Shown here piece after piece: positions 1 through 11,933 of a stretch of DNA of 64,000 nucleotides. This stretch comes from Paragordius varius (taxonomy: Eukaryota; Animalia; Nematomorpha): NCBI GenBank assembly GCA_964247055.1, contig OZ176055.1, forward strand, positions 7,130,001 through 7,194,000. The letters run 5' to 3'. The position numbers and the translations under genes were made by a program. A model generated the notes under the pieces. That model saw nothing but the letters and a program-made list of their open reading frames with translations. It did no database searches and was not told the origin of the DNA. Numbering within the stretch: position 1 is the stretch's first letter; the number at the start of each line of letters is the position of its first letter.

Positions 1-2650
1 CATATATTATTAAGAATCAAATAATATTCTCAACAATCAAATAATATTACTAAATAATATTTTAATGTTTCCAACAATCAACCATATATTTTCAACAATC
101 AAATAATATTCCCAGCAATCAAAAATTATTAACCAATAATATTTTAATGTTGCCAACAATCAACCATATATTTTCAACAATCAAATAATATTCCCAACAA
201 TCAAATAATATTACCCAATAATATTTTAATGTTGCCAACAAACAACCATATATTATTAAGAATCATATAATATTCTCAACAATCAAATAATATTACCCAA
301 TAATATTTTAATGTTGCCAACAATCAACCATATATTATTAAGAATCAAATAATATTCTCAACAATCAAATAATATTACCCAATAATATTTTAATGTTGCC
401 AACAATCAACCATATATTATTAAGAATCAAATAATATTCTCAACAATAAAATAATATTACCCAATAATATTTTAATGTTGCCAACAATCAACCATATATT
501 ATTAAGAATCAAATAATATTCTCAACAATAAAATAATATTACCCAATAATATTTTAATGTTGCCAACAATCAACCATATATTATTAAGAATCAAATAATA
601 TTCTCAACAATCAAATAATATTACCCAATAATATTTTAATGTTGCCAACAATCAACCATATATTCTCAACAATCAAATAATATTCCCAACAATCAAATAA
701 TATTACCCAATAATATTTTAATGTTGCCAACAATCAACCATATATTATTAAGAATCAAATAATATTCTCAACAATAAAATAATATTACCCAATAATATTT
801 TAATGTTGCCAACAATCAACCATATATTATTAAGAATCAAATAATATTCTCAACAATAAAATAATATTACCCAATAATATTTTAATGTTGCCAACAATCA
901 ACCATATATTATTAAGAATCAAATAATATTCTCAACAATCAAATAATAATACCCAATAATATTTTAATGTTGCCAACAATCAACCATATATTCTCAACAA
1001 TCAAATAATATTCTCAACAATCAAATGATATTACCCAATAATATTTTAATGTTGCCAACAATCAACCATATATTATTAAGAATCAAATAATATTCTCAAC
1101 AATCAAATAATATTACCCAATAATATTTTAATGTTGCCAACAATCAACCATATATTATTAAGAATCAAATAATATTCTCAACAATCAAATAATATTACCC
1201 AATAATATAATGTTTCCAACAAACAACCATATATTATTAAGAATCAAATAATATTACCCAATAATATTTTAAGGTTGCCAACAATCAACCATATATTATT
1301 AAGAATCAAATAATATTCTCAACAATCAAATAATATTACCCAATAATATTTTAATGTTGCCAACAATCAACCATATATTATTAAGAATCAAATAATATTC
1401 TCAACAATCAAATAATATTACCCAATAATATTTTAATGTTGCCAACAATCAACCATATATTATTAACAATCAAATAATATTACCCAATAATATTTTAATG
1501 TTGCCAACAATCAACCATATATTATCAACAATCAAATAATATTCTCAACAGTCAAATAATATTACCCAATAATATTTTAATGTTTCCAACAAACAACCAT
1601 ATATTATTAAGAATCAAATAATATTCTCAACAATCAAATAATATTACCCAATAATATTTTAATGTTGCCAACAATCAACCATATATTATCAACAATCAAA
1701 TAATATTATCAACAATCAAATAATATTACCCAATGATATTTAAATGTTGCCAACAATCAACCATATATTATTAACAATCAAATAATATTCTCAACAATAA
1801 AATAATATTACCCAATAATATTTTAATGTTGCCAACAATCAACCATATATTATTAAGAATCAAATAATATTCTCAACAATAAAATAATATTACCCAATAA
1901 TATTTTAATGTTGCCAACAATCAACCATATATTATTAAGAATCAAATAATATTCTCAACAATCAAATAATATTACCCAATAATATTTTAATGTTGCCAAC
2001 AATCAACCATATATTATTAAGATACAAATAATATTCTCAACAATAAAATAATATTACCCAATAATATTTTAATGTTGCCAACAATCAACCATATATTTTC
2101 AACAATCAAATAATATTCCCAACAATCAAATAATATTACCCAATAATATTTTAATGTTGCCAACAATCAACCATATATTATTAAGATACAAATAATATTC
2201 TCAACAATAAAATAATATTACCCAATAATATTTTAATGTTGCCAACAATCAATCATATATTTTCAACAATCAAATAATATTCTCAACAATAAAATAATTT
2301 TACCCAATAATAGTTTAATGTTGCCAACAATCAACCATATATTATTAAGAATCAAATAATATTCTCAACAATAAAATAATATTACCCAATAATATTGTTT
2401 CCAACAATCAACCATATATTTTCAACAATCAACTAATATTCTCAACAATCAAAAATTATTACCCAATAATATTTTAATGTTTCCAACAATCAACCATATA
2501 TTTTCAACAATCAAATGTATTCACAACAATTAAAAATTATTGCCCAATATATTTTAATGTTTCAAACAATCTCTATATTTTCAACAATTAAATATTATTT
2601 TTATCAATCAAATAAAATTACCCATTAATATTTGATTGTTTACAACAATC
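1..2650. repeat. Tandem satellite array, ~82-bp higher-order unit built from four related ~20-bp monomers
   Basis: Unit AACAATCAACCATATATTATT-AAGAATCAAATAATATTCTC-AACAATCAAATAATATTACCC-AATAATATTTTAATGTTGCC recurs (ATGTTGCC at 311 and 393 gives an 82-bp period). Some units lack or duplicate a monomer. The array degenerates after ~2400, runs off the left edge and has no ORF. Confidence 0.97.
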
Positions 2651-3870
2651 AAACATATGATTTTTTCATTATGCACCCTCTTAATAAAATTTTAATTAAA
2701 AACTTTTTCTTTGAAAATATACAACACATACACATTTTTAAAAAATCATTTGAGTAATCAAAACTCTATGCATACTATGTTTTACAACGCTAGTTATTAA
2801 TGGACATAGGAAACCACCAACTCGCGAAGTGAGAGCGTTTTTCTTAAATAACATATTTCTAAAACTAATGGATGAAAATACCTCAAACTTTGTTTTGACA
2901 ATGAATGCCCAAACAAGATAACACAAAAGGTTTTTTCGAATAAAACACTCAATTGCTTTTATATCATTCAAAAGAGCTATTTTTTTGGTTTTTTAAAAAA
3001 TTCATATCATCAACATTAATTTATTTTTTTTAGGAGACTTATAATTTCAACAAAGACTAAAAACAAAGTTTAAGGTATTTTTGATCCTTTTACCGATTAT
3101 GTAATAAATTACAGTTATAACTATGCATTTTAGTATACACTGGGTAAAATAATTATGGTAATAATGATTTTTATTAAAAAAGCAAACCAAAAGCTTTTTC
3201 AAAGATGTTTTTAAATTTATTACTAATGTAACCCTAAAAATTATATTAAAATAATTTATATGATTTTTAAATTATTTTGTCTGTGAAAATTTTTAACTTA
3301 TTTAATGGTGCAAATATTTTACATCAGGTTTAGTTAAATGACTTACTACCATTCAAAGGAATCAGTTTTTTGCGCTGTTTCGAATGATATATACTACATG
3401 GCTCTATATTTTTAATTTTGAAAATTTCAAGTTTAAAGTTAAATTGGGGTCAAAAATTATCGATAAACCCTAATAAATAAAATTAGGTAATAGACAAATT
3501 TTTTTCTATGCTATTTACGTAATTTAATTATATAAATTTTATTATTACATGAATGGCACTTTAAAAAAAGTCAAAATTTATTATCGTGTAATGTATTTGA
3601 TATATTTAGCATAGTTGACACAAATTAGTTGTTTTTTCTAAGTGTCATCGTATACTTATACACATTCATTGCTATAATAATAATTTTTGCTTTTACTGTA
3701 TATTGACTTTGCTAAACATTTGCTACTCATGAAACTGGTCATTAAAAGATTTTGAGATGGGCATTATTTATATGAACCATATTAAAAGTCAATTAAAACT
3801 TTTGATACAATCAATCGAAATTAGTTGCGTTCATAATCCTGTGCTTTAAATAAGGTATTTTATAATAGAA

Positions 3871-4248
3871 ACTCGACTTTATACCGATACTATAACCGCC
3901 AAATTTCTCGGTAAAAGGAGCGAAATTGAGAGGGTGATTGATGATGAAATCGATTAGGGTGCTGTGAAGAAGATCATAAAATTAGCCAGGTTTGGACTGT
4001 AATTTGAATATCATTATATGTTTAGTAGAAGATCACTCGACCTATACCGATAATCTTAAACCGCCAAATTTTCTTTGAAGGAGCAAAATTGTCAGGGTGA
4101 TTGATGAAATTAAATTTTTAGCTGTTAAAAAGATGATTGAAAGTAGCCAGGTTTGGACTGTAATTTAAATATCATAATATGTTTACCAAATAACTCGACT
4201 TGATACAGATACTCTTACCGCCAAAATTTCTCGAGCAAAGTTGAGAGG
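3871..4248. repeat. Diverged tandem repeat, ~160-bp unit, ~2.3 copies
   Basis: ACTCGAC..ATAC(C/A)GATA..ACCGCCAAA starts at 3871, 4035 and 4193; AGCCAGGTTTGGACTGTAATTT is shared by the first two units. Confidence 0.9.
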
Positions 4249-5834
4249 TTAAAATATCTTAAATCTATGTCGTTACACATAAAATTGATGATTTTGATTT
4301 GCTATTTAGTTTTTGCCCAATATTTAAGTTTGAAAGATGTTTTTAGTTTACATTTTAAAATATAATTGGGATAATGATTATAGTTTTTAAAAGCATGAAA
4401 CCATTAAATTATATAAATGATTGTTGTTAAAGCGATTTGATTCATATACAAGGGTATAAAGTAACACTAGACAACAAATTTTAATTATCAATTGCAATTT
4501 GTAAAAAATCAAATTTATTTCATTTAGGTGGAAAAACAACATATATGGAAAAATTTTAGTTTAGATCCTAGACTTCTTTGAAAGTTATTTTAAATATTAA
4601 CTAACATAATTATTCAAAATAATAGTATAAAAGCCATAGTATTACACGGTAGCAGCAAAAAAAAATTATGTAACATTGGATGGCTGAAAGATTTAGGTTA
4701 ATGAATATTGAAACGATAAATGTGGGTAAAATTGAAAAAAGCTATTTTGATTTTCTTTACTTAACAGAAATTAAAAAATCTCATGATTAGGTCAAAATTA
4801 GATTAAATGCTGTGTGAAAAGATTCAGCTAAATTTTATTTATTAATATGTTTTTTAAGGATCATCCTAGAATATTGTTACGATAAAAATTATACATTTTT
4901 GCAAAAGGTCGAAAGATTTACAGATATTAAAGGTAAAAAATGGCATATGTCATTTTTTTAATCATAAATGCGTATTATTATATTTAATGGACCTATGTAG
5001 AGTTTATTTATACCCATATATCATCGCGTCGAAAAAAGATTTAAGCCTTGTATAAAAAAAGAAATTTTTTAATAATTTGCAGGAGAGCGTAAGTACTGCA
5101 ATATTTTTTACAAAATATCAAATATGTATTATAAATTCTCACGATGCAGAAATTAACATCTATCAATTCAATATATTTGCAGCCCTAAACGATTGCTTCC
5201 AGTAAAAAAAGTTTAAAAAAAGTATGGCTGTGTTTTTAAAAAATATTTATTATAATTTTCGACGTTTTTCTGTAAATTTTGATTTTTATTGTAATCTTGA
5301 GCAGTCTCTAAAAATTAATTTTAGTAATTTCTCAAAGCATTCGTTCTCAGTAAAAAGATTTTACAAAATGAATAAAAAAATTAATAAGGGTCCTGCTTCA
5401 TATAATACTGACAAATATTACACTAACTATTTGAATATGCTATATAAATCGGTACAAGATTTATTTGTGGGACGCATATAAATCAGTTAAAGTGTAATTT
5501 TGCGTTTTTGATTTTCCAGAATCACAACAATGAAAATATCTACCCTAAATGACGTGTAAACTAGAAGCACTATGATCATTTCTCCAACATTGTTTCAAAA
5601 TGCGTCCATTTATTAATTTGTCAAGTATATTATTAATGCAAAATCATAAAATTCCGTTATTTGCAGATGCAAGTCAATAAGATAGTTCAGGTATTTAAAT
5701 TCAACAACCAAAGTAATTTAAAAAAATTAAAACTATAGTCCGGCCCATTATTTGACATTTAGTTTATCTATATATTAAGGATTATAAATAAATAATAATA
5801 AATCATTTATTAAAGAAATTATAAAAAAATAAAT

Positions 5835-7070
5835 TTAGGCTTCAGCAGCTGGCAAATTTCTGATAATATCGGAATCTCCTATTAAAAATAAATTAAAATT
5901 CATAAAGATTTAAGTCATAATATTTGAACACTTCGTTAGGTGATTGCAATTATAAATAATAAAAAGACAATTATAATATTGGGCCAATTATAAAAATAAG
6001 GATTCTATGGCCTTTGGGCAAATTATATAATTTAAATTTAATATTTTTTATTCAAAAAATTCCTGATATCTGCCAAATAAAAAAATATATTATGATTGAA
6101 AAATAAGCTTTAAAATATATATTTTAATGAAATTTTTTTTTATAATTTTAAAATCAGCTATTTGATGTATATAAATCATAACTTTCTATATTTAGCCATT
6201 AAGGCAGAGCTGAATGCCTAACATGCGGCTAGAACATTATGTGCGGTCCGCGAAAAATTTGGAAATTTATAATTTGCAAATATCCCCACAAAATCTTATA
6301 AACTTTATATTCTTAAAAAAATTTAATAAGTTAACCCATTGACAACAAACTAGAAAAAATTGGCATAAGTTTTTATTCAAAATCAAATATTTAAAAATGC
6401 TAATATATATTTTGAATACGGCTCGCCGGGTTTTTAAATAAGGCGGCCTGTGAATCCATTTGTGTTAGCCAGCCCTGTTTTAATCCTTAGACTGTAAAAA
6501 GTATAAGCTTTTTCAAACTAATATGTTAAGTTTAATAATAATATTTAGACAAAATAATTTTATATATTTTAATAAAAATTTTAGGCTTCCAAAATGTATT
6601 CTTTATATATATAAAAAATAATAAAGTGTAATTATATATATAAGAAAATAATTTAACATTGTTACATCAATTTATTATTTACATACCTGGATCGATGATG
6701 CTTAACATCCCCACTCGATAATACTTCCCACAAGCTGTACCCAAATCAATATTGCTTCCACTGTAGTGATGAACTCCAGTCTTAGCTAACATGGCATAAT
6801 ATTCAGCCTCACTTTTCCTATTTAATTAAAAATTGAGCAATCAATTTCAGAAGATAAGAAAATTAATATATACCGTAGTTGAGGGGTATTGTTGGCGATA
6901 ATTACTAATTTTGCTTTTCCATTACGTAAAGCTTTTAAGGTTTGTTGATAACCTAAGGAACATTTTCCACTCTTCATAACTAAAGCAAGTCGAGAATTCA
7001 TACTCTCTATAGCTTTTTTCTAAAAATTAATATAAAACAAAATATATACAGTTTTCTTTTGAGCAATCAT
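5835..7070 (-). CDS. RPL30: 60S ribosomal protein L30 (eL30), 4 exons: 7070-7050, 7019-6874, 6817-6687, 5878-5835
   Basis: Manual splicing at GT-AG sites gives [113 protein letters not shown], a clear eL30 sequence. Confidence 0.98.
6205..6477. mobile_element. Degenerate hAT-type MITE in RPL30 intron 3
   Basis: Ends CAGAGCTG...AGCCCTG, subterminal CATGCGG/GCGGTCCGCG/GGCGGCC motifs like the other hAT MITEs here. Both flanks fit NNNTANNN but do not match each other, so this is an old copy. Confidence 0.55.
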
Positions 7071-7164
7071 GCTGAAGTGGAGCTGATACAGGTGTATTAT
7101 CCGGTAGGACGATTGATAAAGAGTTACTGCAATTTTTTATTTTTCGGGACCAAATATTTCTTTT

Positions 7165-7419
7165 CTAATCCTGTAGTTCCATAAAAAATAGTTTACCTTG
7201 GCCTTTGGCTGATATTAATTGTTTTTTAAATAAATATTGCATAATTTCATGCAAAAAATCAATTTCAGACAGCACATTAAATTTAGATAACGCTTGTAGA
7301 TGATGATGTATATCGTCTAATGTTAATCCGTCTTTGTTATCCTTTAATAATTGCAAAATAACTGTAAATATTGATGAAAATATTTCTGATTCATCCCAAA
7401 TTGCTTTTTGAATATCCAT
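7165..7419 (-). CDS. Single-exon 84-aa hypothetical protein, possible winged-helix fold
   Basis: ATG-to-TAG ORF with protein-like composition (..ILQLLKDNKDGLTLDDIHHHLQ..LHEIMQYLFKKQLISAKGQGKLFF). An in-frame stop lies just upstream of the ATG and AATAAA follows ~20 nt after the stop. The fold call is inference from the pattern only. Confidence 0.55.
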   Translation of the reverse strand: MDIQKAIWDESEIFSSIFTVILQLLKDNKDGLTLDDIHHHLQALSKFNVLSEIDFLHEIMQYLFKKQLISAKGQGKLFFMELQD

Positions 7420-7772
7420 AAGTTAAAATAAAAAGCATAAGATATAGAATATATGTTTTCTAAACGCGAATGAATTCTCAAACGATTAAGGAAAAGCTAC
7501 AACCATTAAATATAGAAAAAAATATTTAATCTCCAAAAATATTAAATTTTACACAGTTAAATAATAATTTCAAATCATATAAATTTTAACTTAAAAGTGT
7601 GGGGATTTGCAGCTTCATTTAATTAGATAGCGTTTATTAAATAGAGAAGTGCTGTAAACCACCCTGCCTGAAAATTTATATGCTACATCTAAAAAGGCCA
7701 TAAAAATATTTCGTGTAATAAGCTAGCATATATTCCTTAAGTATTCAGTATAATATAATTACAATTATTTAA

Positions 7773-8223
7773 CACTTAAATTTAAATTGGGGTATTTAAA
7801 TACCCCAGACGATATTAAAATTCATATTATTAAGAAACTACAAAAAGAAACGGTTCCAATTTAAATTTATGCTATAATCCTACTAAAAATTATATTATAT
7901 TAACCAAAATATCCAAATAAAATTTTAGTTTTGTAAAAAAAATTCCGTATCAAAAAACTTGAACGCCATTTTTATTTTACAACGTTTTTGCTATCGTTTT
8001 TATTTGATTCTAAGGCTTAAATTAAGTTTACTTATTAAAACCACATTTAACATTAATATAATAGTTTTATATTTAGCTCATGAAATATGTCATAATGGGT
8101 AAATTTTTAGCTTTGGGTTTAACCCCTGAATAAGTAAAATCAAGTAATTTTGTTTGAACAAGTCTGGGGTATCCTACCCCAATTTGAATCAAAGGACTAA
8201 AATATATATGTTGTATCCAAGTG
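7773..8223. mobile_element. piggyBac-like MITE, copy A
   Basis: TTAA|CACTT...AAGTG|TTAA ends; subterminal AAATTGGGGTA..TACCCCAG palindromic motif at both ends; internal homology to copies B-E. Confidence 0.85.
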
Positions 8224-8395
8224 TTAAAATAGTTTCATAAGTTAATACACAAAGGTTTTAATCTGTAATTAAAGGACTTTATTAAATTTAAAAGTGTTTG
8301 TTTGATAGGTGTGGAAATGGGTGCTTTAATTATTATTGATTTTTTCCAATATTTAATCGATGTAATCACAATTTAGAACAAAGTTTTTTGGTTAA

Positions 8396-8924
8396 CACTT
8401 GGGATACAACACATTTATTTATTCATCTAGTTCTTGGGATATTTTAGGACCCCAGGTTTCTTTATCCATTATTTCTAAAAATATGGGAGAAATTGGAACC
8501 ATTGCAAATGTTAGCACTTATATAAATGCACCAAATATTAAAGATCCAATTAAAAAACTTGATATTACTTTTTTATCAAGGTAAATATTATCGACATATC
8601 TGCATTAGCTAAATCGAATAATGATGCAATGCATATTATTTTTTATGTCCATATCAATGTTAGATGCAAGTCAAATAAAAAATTGGCTTAGAAAATAAAA
8701 TAATAAAAAAAAACATTTATTTTGCACAAAATGTTGTATAATAAAAATGTCGTCAAAGTTTGATATGAAATTTTTATAAACCTAAATTTTATTTGAATAT
8801 TTTGGCTAATTTTTATTAGGAGAGAAACATATATTTAAATTGAAGCCGTTTGTCAGTAATTTTATAAAAATTTTAACTTACATATAGTCTGGGGAACCTA
8901 GATACCCCAATTTGAAACGAAGTG
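8396..8924. mobile_element. piggyBac-like MITE, copy B (inverted relative to A, more diverged)
   Basis: TTAA|CACTTGGGATACAACAC...TACCCCAATTTGAAACGAAGTG|TTAA; internal similarity to copy D. Confidence 0.8.
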
Positions 8925-8949
8925 TTAATTATTAGTTTATAAAAACTGA

Positions 8950-9400
8950 TATAACACTTCAATACTTTATGGGGTACAGCGTCAAAATATCAGAAAAGAT
9001 ATTCAAGACAGAGGCATTCTTTAACCTTTTTAGTAGCATTTTTAAATATTATTGACATTCCATGACTTTTTACGGTAGTTTTATATCTGAGAATAAGTTG
9101 AGAAATAGATATCTTAAAAAGTATTAAATTATAAGGCCGAATTAAAAATATGGTTTCTTTAGCTTTATAATATACGAAAAAGTTTAAATAATTGTAAAAT
9201 TGTAGAAAAGGGCTCATCTCCAACTTTTTTACAGCCTATTTTCTTTTATATTATTTAATCGTAATATTAGGCAAATAAACGTATATTATGATTAGAAAAT
9301 ATAAATAATAAACTACCTTTCAGTAGGCATTTTACGAGCAAAACTTAATATTTATTGATTTTTAAATCAGCTGTTTAGATCAATCCTGTTGTGGAGCTAT
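8950..9400. repeat. Second dispersed repeat family (related segments at ~31320-31836 and, inverted, ~55520-55560)
   Basis: Shared blocks TATTATGATTAGAAAAT, GATTTTTAAATCAGCTGTTTAG, CTCATCTC(C/G)AACTTTTT and GGTAGTTTTATATC. The 31-kb copy ends GAAGTG|TTAA, hinting at another TTAA element. Boundaries are approximate. Confidence 0.55.
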
Positions 9401-9562
9401 GTAAAACTCTAGAACATGGGTATTCAACACGCTTTGCGTGTCGCGCTATTAGATTAAAAATTAATTTATGAGATTTCACACCTAAGACCTCAAAAAAACA
9501 GAATGCAACAATTTTCCTATTTGCTATTTGGATTGACTCATGATAATATGCATCCCTTAGAC

Positions 9563-11472
9563 CAGTGGTACTCACTAAAAAAATTTGACGGGCCAAATAA
9601 AATATATATTTTTTTCGAGGGCATATTTATACTCTAAATCAGCACAATTAATTTAATGCGGATCGCATGTAAATCCAACTAAAAACTCGTTTTGCACCAT
9701 TTAGTTTAAAAAATCAAATATTTTGATAACAACATTTGATATTAACCAATAATTTTTGACAAATTTGGTTTCGCCTCATGACAGACCAATCTTAATACGT
9801 CGTCCATATGATTATCGGTTAAGCGATTTCTGTATCTATTCTTGAGATACCTTATTTTTGAATATGCTGTCCACGGGTAACTTAAGAAAAAACAGTTAGG
9901 ATAACTTGAGCACATTTTTTTATATTTTCATATTTATTTGGCACATCTTGCCAAAACCATACATATCTTTCTTCTCTTCAATTCTCCTTATATATAGCCT
10001 CCGAATCGGAATCATTTTTAAAATCTACGAATTCTTCAATGATATGCGCCTGAACAAAACCGAGATGCTCAAGTTGCTTAATATTAGATGTATCCATACC
10101 ATGGATTTTCCACGAGTTTTAAGCAATTTTTAATATTTCTTAATTCTTTAATATGAATTTCATTAATTTAGATAGCTAAATAATTGTCTATTTTAAATGT
10201 TGAAAAATATAGGAGTGTTTTATTTATAAATTCTTGTTTATATATTATTAATTTTTCTTCAAAAGCAAATATTTGATTAGCAAATTGGGTTATTATTTTG
10301 CTCCCTTAAAAACTTGTATTAAGACTAAGTCTATAAGTAAATGTCGCAAAGGTAGGCAATAAAACCCACCATTGGTCACTATTAATTTCCTCGTGAAACT
10401 TTCTGTTATCTTTAACCGTTTTGATTACTGAATTGAGTGATTCATCTTTTACATGGGAAACCAAGTTTTGCTGTTGAGTAAATATTTTTCATATTATATT
10501 TGTTTTTCAAAAGAGGGATAAATCCTTCGTTTCATAGAGGGACAGCCATCTGTGCAGATCGAAACCAATTTTTTTCATAGATATACCATTATTATCAAAA
10601 AAAGTGCTTACCACTTATTAGACATTCTTTTATTAGTTGGGAATCAATAAACGGTTTCATATTTTTTCCTAAAATATAACAAATTTCATACGAAGCTAAT
10701 GTTACAGCTTTTCCTGGGAAAAAGCTATAAAAATAATAGAATTTCTTTCTGGTATAATTCCTTAATTTTTTTTCGTTTCTTTCCTCATGATTTTCTGGTA
10801 ATTTATGAGAATGATGGATTGTAAAATTTTCAATATTGTATTTTTTTATAATTATGTTGTCCTTGCATACAAGGCAAGTATCAACATTTTTAAAAACGAC
10901 AAAGAATTTTTCTTCCCATTCCTTTTTAAAGAGCGATTTTTATCGGATAATTTACGTTTTTTAGCATTAGATGTCATCCTTTGAAATTATATTCAAATAT
11001 TATGTAAATTTTTGCAAAAAATAGGAATATAATTTGAATTATGCTAAAAAGATAGGTAAAAAATTAATGATGTTGATTTGAAAAATATTTATGGGAGTTA
11101 TAAAAAATGATGTAGGATCGCTATGAAAAGAATATGTATATGCAAGTTTGGGTGAAAAGCTTGCTTAAATACAAAAAAGGAATTCAAGAAAAATTTCAAA
11201 ATAGAAAAAAAATAGAATACAGAAACAGAGACAACGTGTGCCAAAATTTTTAAATCATTTTATGTAGGGAAATTTTTCTACCAAATTGGGAAAAAATAGA
11301 AATTACAAAATAGATCTAAAGAAAATAAATTAATATCAAAATAGGCGAAAATTCGTTTATGTGTATTTTAAAAATTCATCAATAAAAATAATAATTTAAG
11401 TATCAATATGGTCATAGGGCAATTTTAACGCACTCTTAGAGCCGCATGCGGCCCGCGGTTTGAGTATCCCTG
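9563..11472 (-). mobile_element. hAT (Buster/SPIN/GTF2IRD2-like) DNA transposon, internally deleted
   Basis: Perfect 8-bp TSD CCTTAGAC at 9555-9562 and 11473-11480 (NNNTANNN, Buster-type). Imperfect TIRs CAGTGGTACTCA and TGAGTATCCCTG. Contains transposase remnants. Confidence 0.92.
9720..10977 (-). pseudogene. Decayed hAT transposase
   Basis: Minus-strand fragments broken by stops and frameshifts: MTSNAKKRKLSDKNRS..EWEEKFFVV..CLVCK (BED-like N-terminus), KLVSICTDGCPSM (catalytic D motif), FWQDVPNKYENIKKCA and KNRYRNRLTDNHMDDVLRL (dimerisation domain). Confidence 0.9.
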
Positions 11473-11933
11473 CCTTAGACTTTTCAGTACATTATTCATA
11501 AAACATTATTCAAAATATGTAGAATCGAAAAAATTATCACCGCCAGATATTGTTAAAAAGTTGCTAAAAATATTAATGATTTGTACTTAAATTTCTAAAC
11601 TTTCAAAGGAATTCAATTGTAATTTTAGCTCATTGGACTGTATAAGCTACATATTTATATGAGAATAAATTTTTTTCCAAAATACAGCGTAGTTATAATT
11701 GAACAGTTTAAATACAAATTATAAAACTTTTTTAAAGATAGTATTTTTAATGAAAAATTTTGTATGTAAGGAAAATCTTTCTTTTTATATTGACCATTTT
11801 TATGATTTTACCGTATAACAAATTCATTTTCGTTCGTTAACTAATATTATTGTCCGAATCGATAGTTCAATGATTATAATAAATAATAAAAGAATTTATT
11901 TTATTTACAAACTTTAAATTTATTTGTACATAT

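Noticed and set aside
1-2650. CRISPR array or repetitive coding sequence
   Set aside because: There are no unique spacers and no cas genes, the context is eukaryotic, the 82-bp period is not a multiple of 3, and the ORF track shows nothing here.
3871-4248. Spliced-leader RNA or C/D snoRNA genes
   Set aside because: Only short words match (GAAATTTGGCG on the minus strand, TGATGA). There is no leader exon plus donor, no terminal CTGA box and no convincing stems.
5879-6686. Intronic snoRNA in RPL30 intron 3
   Set aside because: Ribosomal protein introns often host snoRNAs, but I could not identify H/ACA or C/D boxes with supporting structure by eye. An Infernal scan would be needed.
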